From a virus (lineage: Duplodnaviria; Caudoviricetes): a DNA stretch of 64,000 bases. Shown here piece by piece: positions 21,466 through 31,800 of the stretch (its first letter is position 1; the number at the start of each line of letters is the position of its first letter). A program made the position numbers and the translations under genes. Location: IMG/VR virus record IMGVR_UViG_2872477547_000003, positions 89,698 to 153,697 of that record; one strand, written 5' to 3'. Under the pieces are notes generated by a model. That model was not told the origin of the DNA, made no database searches, and worked only from the letters and a program-made list of their open reading frames with translations.

Positions 21466-22215
21466 GTGCAAATTACAGAACAAACAACCATGCTTAAGAA
21501 AAAGAGAATTTATCAAATGGACTGCTTGGAAGGAATGCCGCTTATTCCAGACAAATCAATTGATATGATTCTATGCGATCTACCATATGGAACAACACGT
21601 AATAAATGGGATTCAATTATCCCTTTCGACAAACTGTGGGAGCAATACAAAAGAATCATCAAAGACAATGGTGCAATCGTTTTAACAGCTGCGCAACCTT
21701 TTACGAGTGCACTAATAATGAGCAATGTGAAAGATTTTAAATATGAATGGATTTGGAAAAAGTCTAATGGTACTGGGCACTTAAATGCTAAAAGAATGCC
21801 CATGAAAGATCATGAAAGTATACTAGTGTTTTACAAGAAACAGCCTACTTATAATCCGCAAGGAATTGTTCCCTACAATAGAGTAACAAGAAGAGGGGGA
21901 AATGGCGGTAATTACAACAGTTCTAATACAAGCAATTTTCAGGAATACACTAATTACCCAAGAACAATACAACAATTTGCATACGATAAAAAGAAATACC
22001 ACCCTACTCAAAAACCGGTAGCTTTATTTGAGTATTTAATTAAAACATATTCAAATGAAGGTGATACAGTTCTTGATAATTGTATGGGGTCTGGAACAAC
22101 TGCAGTAGCTTGTGAAAACTTAAATAGAAAATGGATTGGATTTGAAACTGAAAGTAAGTACATAGAAATTGCGAATAACAGATTGAAAGAATTACATAGT
22201 ATATCTAATTTCTAA
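21466..22215 (+). CDS. orphan N4-C/N6-A DNA methyltransferase (beta class)
   Basis: DLPYG catalytic motif precedes HPTQKP and the LDNCMGSGTT SAM-binding motif. Confidence 0.92.
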   Translation: MQITEQTTMLKKKRIYQMDCLEGMPLIPDKSIDMILCDLPYGTTRNKWDSIIPFDKLWEQYKRIIKDNGAIVLTAAQPFTSALIMSNVKDFKYEWIWKKSNGTGHLNAKRMPMKDHESILVFYKKQPTYNPQGIVPYNRVTRRGGNGGNYNSSNTSNFQEYTNYPRTIQQFAYDKKKYHPTQKPVALFEYLIKTYSNEGDTVLDNCMGSGTTAVACENLNRKWIGFETESKYIEIANNRLKELHSISNF

Positions 22216-22252
22216 TTAAAAGATCAATTTTATTTAAAGATGGGAGTGGCCT

Positions 22253-22462
22253 ATGGAAAGTAAAGTGTTTATAAATCCAGTTTCGTCTTATGCTTACAAA
22301 AGAAAGAATGAGTTAGGAATTGTCATTGGTTTTGTTGGATATAAGCCTAAAAACCATGAATCAAGACTGTGCTATAAGGTTCGTTTTGAAAGTGATGGGA
22401 TGGTTGATTACATTCCTGTTTCAGACGTGGAGCAAGGGCATTATAGTTTGATTTCTGTATAA
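22253..22462 (+). CDS. hypothetical phage protein
   Basis: 69 aa, bracketed by palindromic sites at 22217 and 22460. Confidence 0.7.
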   Translation: MESKVFINPVSSYAYKRKNELGIVIGFVGYKPKNHESRLCYKVRFESDGMVDYIPVSDVEQGHYSLISV

Positions 22463-22505
22463 AATTTGTCTTTTATACAAATGTAAAATAAGAGGAGTGT
22501 ATTGA

Positions 22506-22724
22506 TTGGATAGTTACCCAGAGTCCTTAAAAAGAGAGACAGAGGAGATTAAAGAGCGTGTTAGGAATGGGGATATCAAAGAAGACAGGATTAAAGAAAT
22601 TGCAGAAACGACAGTTGAGTTTTTGAAATCAGAGGAGAAAAGACATAAATACTTTTCTGAAGTTGCTGCAGCTATGGCTGATAACTTAAGTGAGTTTTTC
22701 AAGTCGTATTTAAAAGGAGAGTGA
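22506..22724 (+). CDS. YorV-like protein
   Basis: 72 aa. Synteny. Confidence 0.6.
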   Translation: MDSYPESLKRETEEIKERVRNGDIKEDRIKEIAETTVEFLKSEEKRHKYFSEVAAAMADNLSEFFKSYLKGE

Positions 22725-23092
22725 ATATGCTAACTGATCAAGAAAAAATTGACTTGGTAAACGCTCTTAATTTTGTAGTTATTGAACCACATACACAAAG
22801 CATTTACGTACATAACGATGAAAAGACCAGTGGAGTATTAGCTAAGGTTTTGCACAATATTTCTGTAGATGAGTATATTGAGAGCTTTAATAAAGGGAGT
22901 CTAATTGATATCTTTCCAGCAGCTATGCAAGAAGCCGGTGCGGAAGGATTTAAAGATGGCCAGTTTGTGATTATGCCAAAGAAATTTTATGTTGATCAAT
23001 GTTATGCGATGAGTAAGGAAATCGAGCGGTTAACTAACCTAATCACTCTACACAATATTAAACCAAATACATATCAAGGCTTGATTCATTAA
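22721..23092 (+). CDS. YorW-like protein
   Basis: About 121-123 aa. Synteny. Confidence 0.6.
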   Translation: MNMLTDQEKIDLVNALNFVVIEPHTQSIYVHNDEKTSGVLAKVLHNISVDEYIESFNKGSLIDIFPAAMQEAGAEGFKDGQFVIMPKKFYVDQCYAMSKEIERLTNLITLHNIKPNTYQGLIH

Positions 23093-23131
23093 ATTGTTTC
23101 AAGAAAAAATGAAAGGATAAAGGGATGTTTA

Positions 23132-23359
23132 TTGAAAAAGTATTATGTAAGGTGTAAAGACAGCAAAGGTGAAAATGCGTCTCTAGTTATTGAGGCGCTA
23201 TCACCTGAACATGCAAAAGAACAAGCATACGAAGTACATGAGGTAAGGGATATTTATAATGTAAGTCTGGGAGAAGGAAAGTCAAGGAATTACCTAGAGC
23301 GAAAATATTCCCCATATATAAAAAATGACAATGGAAAAGCAATAACAATATTTTCATAG
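23132..23359 (+). CDS. YorX-like protein
   Basis: 75 aa. Synteny. Confidence 0.6.
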   Translation: MKKYYVRCKDSKGENASLVIEALSPEHAKEQAYEVHEVRDIYNVSLGEGKSRNYLERKYSPYIKNDNGKAITIFS

Positions 23360-23371
23360 GGAGAGGGTATC

Positions 23372-23554
23372 ATTAAGGATATTTTCAGAGATATTGTAAT
23401 TGATGATATTGATGCTGTTGAAGGGATATTAGATAAGCTTTATGTTTATTTGGAGAACACACTTAGGCCAGAAGAGAGTCGGATTTGGAAACGGTGTGAT
23501 AAAGATATAATGGCTGCTTTTGAGAAGCTAAGAAATATTAAAGAAACAATATAA
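23372..23554 (+). CDS. YorY-like protein with ATT start (60 aa, not in the track)
   Basis: GGGAGAGG RBS then ATT. The frame is open to TAA at 23552. Confidence 0.55.
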   Translation: MKDIFRDIVIDDIDAVEGILDKLYVYLENTLRPEESRIWKRCDKDIMAAFEKLRNIKETI

Positions 23555-23575
23555 AGAATAAAAATAAAATCACTA

Positions 23576-23604
23576 TTGACTGAGTGAGCAATAAAGAGTA
23601 TGCT
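23576..23604 (+). promoter_or_regulatory. sigmaA-type promoter
   Basis: TTGACT-17 nt-TATGCT, preceded by the 16-mer repeat. Confidence 0.65.
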
Positions 23605-23630
23605 AGATTCATAAGAAGAGAGGTGAGGAT

Positions 23631-23822
23631 ATGAGGTGCGCAAAATGTAAAGAGCATATTGACAGGATTGTCTATTACATAAGAATTACTGACGACAAAG
23701 ATTATATAGAATTTCCGGTACATAAAGAATGCGGTGAAGAATTGCAGAAAAATTGTTTGGAGCATTGTAAGGCCATGAAATTAGAAAAGACATTAAAATT
23801 TTTGAAGTTGCAATTAGAATAA
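23631..23822 (+). CDS. small Zn-binding protein (YorZ slot)
   Basis: CAKC...HKEC. GAGGTG RBS. Confidence 0.65.
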   Translation: MRCAKCKEHIDRIVYYIRITDDKDYIEFPVHKECGEELQKNCLEHCKAMKLEKTLKFLKLQLE

Positions 23823-23873
23823 AAATAAAATTACTATAAAATATTCCTTTTATCGAGAATGGAGAGATGATGA

Positions 23874-24137
23874 GTGAATCAAGAAAAATGGGTAATCGTA
23901 GTTAGACGTGATGGAGATAAAAACAATGGAAAAGTATATAACAATTTTGTTACTGGAGAAAATTTGATTTTCACAAACCTGGAAGAAGCAGAAAAGTTCG
24001 CATTGAAAATTGAAACCGAAGGTAGAGGGTTATGGACATTGGTTGAACCATATGAAAAGCATGTGTTAACTGAAAAAGCTTTTGATGACAGTTTTGTCGC
24101 TACTATGAAAGCTAATCGTGAATCAACCCATGTGTAA
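23874..24137 (+). CDS. hypothetical phage protein
   Basis: 87-aa ORF with RBS. Confidence 0.65.
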   Translation: MNQEKWVIVVRRDGDKNNGKVYNNFVTGENLIFTNLEEAEKFALKIETEGRGLWTLVEPYEKHVLTEKAFDDSFVATMKANRESTHV

Positions 24138-24161
24138 GCGATAAGGAGAGGAGACAATTTA

Positions 24162-24710
24162 ATGACAAAGACCTGGTTCATCAGCGATCCTCACTTTGGC
24201 CATAAGAATATCATCAAATATGAAGGTAATAAACGACTATTTAAAGACACTGAACATATGGACAATGTGATTATTGAGAACTTCAATAAAACAGTTAGCG
24301 AAGGTGATACAGTCTTTTGGCTTGGAGACATGTTCTTCTGTAATTCAAAAAGAATTGAGTACATAGTGAGTCGGCTAAAGAAAACTAGAAACATTCTTAT
24401 TAGAGGAAATCATGACAAAGGAATTTCAGATACAAAGTTTAGAAGACTTGGTTTTGATCCACATAGGATGTATCTCTATGAGGATTACATACTTACTCAT
24501 GAACCAATTTCTCAGGTGAATATGAACAGATTAATTGAGGAATTTCAACTTTGCTGTAATGTACATGGGCATACACACAGTGAGGAAACTGGTCTCGAAA
24601 AGCTAAGTCATGTTTGTGTAAGTGTTGAAAATACCGACTTTAAGCCAGTAACGATGGATTGGATTAACTCGAAAAGGTGGGAAGGTGTAAGAAATCCTCA
24701 TTGGAAATAG
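24162..24710 (+). CDS. calcineurin-like metallophosphoesterase
   Basis: FISDPHFGH, LGD, GNHD and HGHTH motifs. Confidence 0.9.
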   Translation: MTKTWFISDPHFGHKNIIKYEGNKRLFKDTEHMDNVIIENFNKTVSEGDTVFWLGDMFFCNSKRIEYIVSRLKKTRNILIRGNHDKGISDTKFRRLGFDPHRMYLYEDYILTHEPISQVNMNRLIEEFQLCCNVHGHTHSEETGLEKLSHVCVSVENTDFKPVTMDWINSKRWEGVRNPHWK

Positions 24711-24770
24711 AAATTAATTTCCCGGGCAAGCGCAGTATGCGACAAATCAAAACAAATAACGAGGAGTGAC

Positions 24771-24950
24771 ATGGTGCAATTTGCAATTAATATTCTTGAA
24801 CTCATCGGTCTTTTGTTGATTGGACTTGTATCATTAGATACATATGGATCGAAAAGGAGAATAAAACCTCAAATCGCTTTTGGAATATTAGTTATAGCTG
24901 GAATGTCATTCTTAACCGGTTTGGGTTTATTGATTATAAGTAATATCTAA
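24771..24950 (+). CDS. small membrane protein (59 aa, YosB-like; not in the track)
   Basis: GAGGAG RBS and two hydrophobic helices. Confidence 0.55.
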   Translation: MVQFAINILELIGLLLIGLVSLDTYGSKRRIKPQIAFGILVIAGMSFLTGLGLLIISNI

Positions 24951-25109
24951 ATAAAATTCAATTTTTATCGTGAAAGGAGCAACTGAAATGCAGGATAAAT
25001 TAACATCAGCAATTCACTTTATTGAGGTCAATCGGGATGAAATGGGAGACAAGAAATCACTAAACATGCTTTTAAAAGCTTTAAAGAAAATCATCAATGA
25101 GGGAGAAAA

Positions 25110-25430
25110 ATGAGGTTTCACATACTTGAAGAGAAACAAATGAGGGACATCGGTTTTACAGATCACGTGAAATCAAAGTGGTACTTCATAAAAACAATCC
25201 AGCCTAACATCACATTTAATTTAACAATACATAAAAACAGTCTAAAAGGTGAAATTGATGTTCTAAATGAAAGATGTTTGCAACCGTATGATTATCAGTA
25301 CTACATAAATGATAATACAAGAGAAAAACTTGAATTTCCACATATCATACATGATAAAGTCCAAGAAATTATGTCCTACTTAATTGAAGAGGGAATTATC
25401 TCAGATTACACATTAGGAAGTTACATTTAA
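25110..25430 (+). CDS. hypothetical phage protein
   Basis: 106-aa ORF. Confidence 0.7.
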   Translation: MRFHILEEKQMRDIGFTDHVKSKWYFIKTIQPNITFNLTIHKNSLKGEIDVLNERCLQPYDYQYYINDNTREKLEFPHIIHDKVQEIMSYLIEEGIISDYTLGSYI

Positions 25431-25442
25431 GGAGGTGGATAA

Positions 25443-25850
25443 GTGGGACGGCATAAAGCAACATTTGAAGGGAAGGCAATTAAGAAAAGTTGGACATTGG
25501 GCCTGTGTGATGCCCTTGTCCCAATTGAGCAGCAATGTGAATACCAGCCATTTTTTGAAGGAGTTATCGACTTAGACCCAATTGAAGTCGGAGGGAAAGT
25601 GTATATCCCAGGGTTTAACGAATATGTAGTCGTAACAGACAGGCAACGCAACACAAAAAACGAATGGACATATCAGACTGACAAGATCATTAAAACAGTT
25701 GAAGATAAAGAGAGTCTTGAAAAAGCAATTCAAAAACAAGAAAAAATCGAGGAATTTAATCAGCAACTTAAACAAGAATATGAACGCTTTAAAGAGCAAG
25801 AAGAAAAACGTAAAACTTCCTGGTGGAAGAGGCTAATTAAAAAAGACTAA
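25443..25850 (+). CDS. YosD-like protein
   Basis: 135 aa with a coiled-coil tail ending WWKR. Synteny. Confidence 0.6.
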   Translation: MGRHKATFEGKAIKKSWTLGLCDALVPIEQQCEYQPFFEGVIDLDPIEVGGKVYIPGFNEYVVVTDRQRNTKNEWTYQTDKIIKTVEDKESLEKAIQKQEKIEEFNQQLKQEYERFKEQEEKRKTSWWKRLIKKD

Positions 25851-25864
25851 AGGAGAGATATTTA

Positions 25865-26212
25865 TTGAATAAGGATGCAAAAAATATTTGGAACGGTTTC
25901 TTTATCGGATCAGGTTCTCTGATTGTAGTTGGGTTACTTATTTTTGTTGAAGCATTGACTATGTCACTAGTTGTTTATTACGGATTGAATCATGTGTTAA
26001 ATCCATTGCTTATTGATACATACAATATTCAAAATACTCATGTCACTTTACCTCATTCATTTGTTATCGGTGTTTTACTCAATGTATTTGTCAAAGGTGT
26101 TAAACAGTCAGATCAGGAAAAAGATGAGTATATCTTCAAGAAAGCCGGTAAGTCTTTGCTTCATTCAGCTTTAGCCTTGATTGTTCTGTATGTGAGCACA
26201 CTGTTTATTTAA
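25865..26212 (+). CDS. YosE-like membrane protein
   Basis: 115 aa with three hydrophobic segments. Confidence 0.65.
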   Translation: MNKDAKNIWNGFFIGSGSLIVVGLLIFVEALTMSLVVYYGLNHVLNPLLIDTYNIQNTHVTLPHSFVIGVLLNVFVKGVKQSDQEKDEYIFKKAGKSLLHSALALIVLYVSTLFI

Positions 26213-26309
26213 CGAAGGAGGAATCTGAAAATGATTAAAGGCAACTGACATTAATTCTCTCGTTACCTTTAGACGAAAAAAATTATTGAAAGGAGTTAGG
26301 TGGAGGAAT

Positions 26310-26588
26310 ATGGCCAAACTCTTGATCGAATACGAAGGTACATACGATCTGAAAGAAAGTGTATGTGAAAACAAAATAATGTCTGGTAGAACTTTAGTAC
26401 GGGATTTAGGGGATTTTGTTACATATGGTTTAACACTTAATGAAAATCCAAAGGTTAATATTAAGAGAGTTGATGATAAGGGTTGTGTGATTCAAGAAAT
26501 AAATGATGTAAGCTTGTCAATCTCAGAGAATGAAAACAGGCAAAAAATCTTAGACAATTTAGCAGCCTTGCTAAGAAAATCACTTTAA
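26310..26588 (+). CDS. hypothetical phage protein
   Basis: GGAGG RBS before ATG at 26310. Its stop lies in the palindromic site at 26586. Confidence 0.65.
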   Translation: MAKLLIEYEGTYDLKESVCENKIMSGRTLVRDLGDFVTYGLTLNENPKVNIKRVDDKGCVIQEINDVSLSISENENRQKILDNLAALLRKSL

Positions 26589-26626
26589 AAGTTTTATTTT
26601 AAACAAATAATAAAGGGGTTTTAAAA

Positions 26627-26950
26627 ATGAAAATCAAAAATGCAGAACTGTACAAAGTCATTGAAAATAAATATTTACCTAATGACAAAATCGGAATCAT
26701 GGATTTCGAAAATTGTGAGATGTATGAGGAAAACCAGCATATTTTCTTAGAAACCGATGAAAAAGCTATTGATTATCACACTCTCTATAATTATTTAGAT
26801 AAGAAAATATTTTTAAATGTAAGCAGGAATGGATCGGAAAGGCCTTCGGTAATCCCAGTTAAATTTAAAAGAGATGCTAATTTTCCGGTAAGAAAAGTAA
26901 CCAGATTGGAATTTGAAGTTCAAGAACCGTGTATTACAACTATTTCTTAA
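26627..26950 (+). CDS. hypothetical phage protein
   Basis: 107 aa, bracketed by sites at 26586 and 26962. Confidence 0.7.
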   Translation: MKIKNAELYKVIENKYLPNDKIGIMDFENCEMYEENQHIFLETDEKAIDYHTLYNYLDKKIFLNVSRNGSERPSVIPVKFKRDANFPVRKVTRLEFEVQEPCITTIS

Positions 26951-26997
26951 ACGAAAATAAATAAAAGGATGATTTTAAAGAAAGAGGAGGAAAGCCC

Positions 26998-27189
26998 GTG
27001 GCTTATGATGAGATTAATGGCAAGTTAATTAACCCAAAAGTAAGTGATGTAATTAAAGCATTACAAGATCAACTTGATTTTCACGGCGACACACCAGTTA
27101 ACTTCAGGATTAATGGTGAAGAAGCAAGAGATGAGATTCAATTAGATCCATATAAAAATGTTCTTGTGTTGCATATAGAGGAAGTTTAA
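26998..27189 (+). CDS. hypothetical phage protein
   Basis: 63 aa with GAGGAGG RBS. Confidence 0.7.
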   Translation: MAYDEINGKLINPKVSDVIKALQDQLDFHGDTPVNFRINGEEARDEIQLDPYKNVLVLHIEEV

Positions 27190-27203
27190 GGAGGAAAGCT
27201 ACA

Positions 27204-27416
27204 ATAGACACATTTGATTTTATCGGATGTCATTTTAAACATTATAAAGGTGGCATTTACAAGGTTATTGGAGAGGCTATTCACACTGAAACAGAAGAAA
27301 AGCTGGTTACATATGAAGACCATGACGGATTTCTTTGGGCAAGACCTAAAGACATGTTCTTTGGAAAAGTGGTTGTTGATGGTAAAGAGATTAAGAGATT
27401 CACAAAAATAAACTAA
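27204..27416 (+). CDS. DUF1653-like protein with ATA start (not in the track)
   Basis: FKHYKGGIYKVIGEAIHTETEEKLVTY...WARPKDMF...KRF. AAGGAGG lies 9 nt before ATA. Confidence 0.7.
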   Translation: MDTFDFIGCHFKHYKGGIYKVIGEAIHTETEEKLVTYEDHDGFLWARPKDMFFGKVVVDGKEIKRFTKIN

Positions 27417-27429
27417 AAGGATGATGAAA

Positions 27430-27564
27430 ATGAATAAAAAATACGGACTTTATTGCATTGGAACACTTGTTAATACTTATGATGATGCTATTGAGGCTCA
27501 TAATGATGCTGTGTATGCTCAAGAAGAAAGTGGAGTACCACATGAGGTAAGAGAAATTCAATAA
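27430..27564 (+). CDS. YosI-like small protein (44 aa)
   Basis: MNKKYGLYCIG...REIQ. Synteny. Confidence 0.5.
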   Translation: MNKKYGLYCIGTLVNTYDDAIEAHNDAVYAQEESGVPHEVREIQ

Positions 27565-27583
27565 AATAAGAGGAGGACATTAA

Positions 27584-27778
27584 ATGATTCAAGGATTTTA
27601 TAAAGATCAGAAACTTCACCTTTTAGAAGATCCTATGCAGCAGTACACTGTCATGAAAGTTGAAGAAAATGCAGTATGTGTTTACCGATGGATCGATGAC
27701 TATAGACACAAAATTGAAAGATTCACAGATGTTGAAGAAGCTAAAAAGCTCCTTGGAGAGGGCTGGCCAAAACAATAA
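27584..27778 (+). CDS. YosJ-like protein
   Basis: 64 aa with RBS. Synteny. Confidence 0.6.
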   Translation: MIQGFYKDQKLHLLEDPMQQYTVMKVEENAVCVYRWIDDYRHKIERFTDVEEAKKLLGEGWPKQ

Positions 27779-27818
27779 AAAAGGAAGATACAGAAATTTA
27801 TAATTGGAGGACGAATAG

Positions 27819-28001
27819 ATGTCGGAAAGTAACTATAAACCGTCAGTTCCTAGATGGGTTGGTGATATTCTCTTAAAACAGAAAAACCAAGATCCATTCG
27901 CTACGCTCGGGGAAACGAAAAGGTGGGACGAGTGGAAACATAGATATTCAAGAAAATTAAAGTACGCAAGATTAAATGGATGGACGATTGATGAAGAGTA
28001 A
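27819..28001 (+). CDS. YosK-like protein
   Basis: 60 aa with RBS. Confidence 0.55.
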   Translation: MSESNYKPSVPRWVGDILLKQKNQDPFATLGETKRWDEWKHRYSRKLKYARLNGWTIDEE

Positions 28002-28082
28002 GGAGGGCAAATATATACGGATTAAATCTAGATAAAATCACAGTTTTATTCAAAATAAAAACAAATAATAAGGAGATGTAAA

Positions 28083-28412
28083 ATGGGGGCAGCTAGACAT
28101 ATTGATCCAACTCAACCGTATGTAAAAAAGAAGAACATTATTAACTTTACAGTAGCCACTGAGAACACTCATATTCATTTAGCTGATGGACAATCTTTTC
28201 CTGTATTAAAAGGAGAGATTATTGCAACTGACCAACAGGGAAATCAATTTGTTGAATTAGAAAAGAATCTAGATGATTACGTTCCAGTTAAGAAGAGTTC
28301 CTTATATGAAAGTATGGCACAGGGCTACATGGAAATGGGCGACATTAATCGTGAGATATCAGAAGCATTCAATTACGCTGAAAATGAAGCTGAAACAGTG
28401 ACTACAAAATAA
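28083..28412 (+). CDS. yosL: YosL, MazE/NdoAI-like antitoxin mimic
   Basis: C-terminus ESMAQGYMEMGDINREIS...AENEAET resembles the MazF-binding helix of B. subtilis MazE. Lies just upstream of nrdI. Confidence 0.75.
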   Translation: MGAARHIDPTQPYVKKKNIINFTVATENTHIHLADGQSFPVLKGEIIATDQQGNQFVELEKNLDDYVPVKKSSLYESMAQGYMEMGDINREISEAFNYAENEAETVTTK

Positions 28413-28435
28413 ATTACAGGGGCTTATAACGATAA

Positions 28436-28831
28436 GTGATCATTACATATGAGAGTAAAACTGGTAATGTAAGAAGGTTTGTAAAAGCGCTGCAACAAGA
28501 GTTTGACGTTGAGGCAATCGAAGTTACTGGGGATACGATCGTCAATCAAGAGTTCATACATATTACATATACGATAGGCTTTGGGGAAGTACCTGAAAGG
28601 ACTTTGAATTTTATCAATAACAATAAAAATAAAATAAGAGGAGTTGCTGTTAGTGGTAACAAGGTTTGGGGTGATAACTATGGTTTAGCTGGAGACAAGC
28701 TTTCAGCTAAGTTCCACATTCCATTGTTATTAAAGTTTGAACTTAGTGGAACGAAACAAGACTTACAGAAGATCATTCAGGAGGTACAACTTATTGATAA
28801 ACACAATACCAAAGTGGATCAAGCTCAATAA
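28436..28831 (+). CDS. nrdI: flavodoxin NrdI
   Basis: YESKTGNVRRFV, TYTIGFG, SGNKVWG and FELSGT motifs. Confidence 0.95.
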   Translation: MIITYESKTGNVRRFVKALQQEFDVEAIEVTGDTIVNQEFIHITYTIGFGEVPERTLNFINNNKNKIRGVAVSGNKVWGDNYGLAGDKLSAKFHIPLLLKFELSGTKQDLQKIIQEVQLIDKHNTKVDQAQ

Positions 28832-31800
28832 TGAGATCATGATTCAGAAAGATGGGAAGTATCAATTCCAAAAGGATAAGGAGGCCGTACATAGTTACTT
28901 TGTTGATTACATAAATCAAAACACAGTCTTTTTCCATGATCTAAAAGAGAAACTTGATTATTTGATTAAAAATGATTATTACGAAGAAGAATTCTTAAGC
29001 AAATATACATTTGAACAGATTAAATCAATTTATAAGATTGCTTACAGTTACAAATTCAGATTCCCATCTTTTATGAGTGCGTTTAAGTTCTACAATGACT
29101 ACGCATTGAAAACAAATGATAAAACAAAGATCCTGGAGAGGTACGAGGATCGTGTCTCAATTGTGGCTTTGTATTGCGCGGATGGTGATTACGAGAAAGC
29201 AGTTGAGGAAGCACATACTATGATGAAACAAGAGTATCAGCCGGCAACACCTACATTCCTTAATGCTGGACGTAAGCGAAGAGGTGAAATGGTGAGCTGC
29301 TTCTTACTTGAAGTAGGCGACAGTTTGAATGATATTTCACGTGCTATTGATATCTCCATGCAGCTTTCTAAGCTAGGTGGAGGAGTAGCATTAAATCTAA
29401 ACAAACTAAGAGCCAAAGGTGAAGCGATTAAAGACGTAGAGAATGCGACTAAAGGTGTCGTAGGTGTTATGAAGCTATTGGATAATGCTTTTAGATATGC
29501 AGATCAGATGGGTTGATTTGGCCCCTTTCGTCAGAAATGACGATCGAAAACCTCTTTAATTCATGGGAACTCCTCAGAAGGTTTGGGACAAACACAAGCC
29601 AAAATAAAGGGGGACAATCATGAGCGAAGCAAGACGGCCGCATAACAAGTTAGATATTGATGAAGATTTTATTCGCAAAAATTATAGTTCAATGACTGCC
29701 AAAGAAATTGGAGAAAAATTGGGGGTTTCAAGAGAAGTAATTAATCACCGCGTTATAAAGATGGGATTAAGAAAAACACAAATCCCATTTGTGTTAATGG
29801 AGGGAGAGGTAGTTTCTCCACTTGCAGAATTTCCTGGGTATGGGATTACAAATCGTAGTAGAGTGATTAATTTGAAAAAGAAGACTGTTTTAAAGACTAA
29901 AATTGATAGTCAAGGATATACAAAAGTGATCTTATATAAGGAAGGCAAGCAGGTTGGTAAACGTGTACATAGATTAGTTGCACTTAACTTTATACCGAAT
30001 CCTAAGAAACTACCCTTTGTAAACCATATTGATGGAAACAAAGCGAATCCAAAGCTCTCAAATTTGGAGTGGGTTACACCAAAAGGAAATGCTCAACATG
30101 CTTTAAAACATGGACTGCTTTTGATTGGAGAAAAAAGCCCAAAGGCTAAAATTACTGAACTTCAAGCACTGTCAATTTTAAATGATTTTAAAAGTGGTAA
30201 GTCCATTAAAGAACTCTCTGAAATATATACATATGCGAGTAAAACAATCATTACAAAAATCTGTTTGCGGCAAAAGTGGAAACACTTAGATCAAACGTCT
30301 TGAACGTGCAACGACTAGCCGAAAGGCGTAGGCTGCAAGCTATTGGCAGTCGAAACAGGAGGCACCCTTAAAGGGTGAAGATATAGTCTAACCTTCATGG
30401 TAACATGAAGCAGCCATATGGCGGGGCGTGCTTAGCGAACACGTCTGAATGGTCTGCAAAGACAAGGATCAGGAGCGGCTTATCTAAGTGTATTTCATCC
30501 AGACATTACAGACTTCCTGGATACTAAAAAAATAAGTGCTGATGAAGATGTCCGAGTTAAAACACTATCTATTGGCGTAGTTGTTCCTGATAAGTTTATT
30601 GAACTTGCAAGGGAAGACAAGGATTATTACATGTTCTATCCGCATTCAGTATACAAGGAATATGAACAGTATCTTGATGAGTTAGACATTAATGAAATGT
30701 ATGATGAGCTTGTTGAAAATCCTAGAGTTAGAAAAGCAAAGGGAAATGCTCGAAAGCTGTTAGAGCAATTGGCCATTCTAAGAAGCGAATCTGGCTATCC
30801 ATATATTATGTTCGCTGACAATGTAAATAAAGTGCATCCAAATGAACATATTTCAAAAGTGAAGTTTTCTAATTTGTGTTAACTGTAGCACCTTCGGTCA
30901 GTAATGCCCGTAGCAAACCCGTCTAAACGGTGAAACTCTATCTTATAGACAATACCGTGCTAAGCCACATCTTGTGGAAATGCCGAACGACTATCGAAAC
31001 CACGCATAAGCGTAAGGGAGTAGAGTACATCGCAAGCATATGGCGATGGAAACGGCGGGCGGCCTTATAGGTCGATGATATAGTCTATTCTTACGAGTGA
31101 TCGTAAGCAGTTCATAAGAGAACGGACGAGAGTGTTGCGCCTTTCGTTGAATATTAAAGTCAGAGGTACTCCAATCATCACAAGTATCAGTCTATACAGA
31201 TTACGATCAAGAAGATGAAATTGGATTAGACATCTCTTGCAATCTTGGCTCAATGAACATTGTAAATGTAATGAGTAATCAATCAATTGCTTCAACAGTC
31301 AGAATAGCTATTGACTCACTGACAACAGTCACAAGGAAAACAAACATTGTAAATGCTCCAGCTGTTGCGAGAGCAAATACACTAATGAGATCAATTGGTC
31401 TAGGGCAGATGAATCTCCATGGATTTCTAGCTCAAAATAATATTGCTTATGAAAGTGAAGAAGCTAAGGATTTTGTTAATACATACTTTATGATGGTTAA
31501 CTTCTACTCCCTGCAGCGTTCAATGGAAATTGCACGAGAAACAGGGGAGACATACTACAAGTTTGATGGTTCGACTTATAAATCAGGCGAGTATTTCGAA
31601 AAGTACATAACAAATGATTATAGCCCTCAGTATGAAAAGGTTAAAAAACTATTTGGAGATCAGCATATTCCGAATATTGAAGATTGGATGAAGCTTAAAG
31701 AAGATGTGATGAAATATGGACTGTATCACTCGTATAGGCAGGCTATTGCACCTACGGGAAGTATCTCATATGTTCAATCATCTACAGCAGGTGTAATGCC

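Noticed and set aside
24718-24760. GC-rich intergenic stretch CCCGGGCAAGCGCAGTATGCGAC as an ncRNA or regulatory motif
   Set aside because: Single copy with only a weak hairpin. Cannot be supported without a search.
27214-27411. 65-aa ORF from the track
   Set aside because: Shadow frame. The overlapping frame 27204-27416 encodes a recognisable DUF1653-like protein with an RBS.
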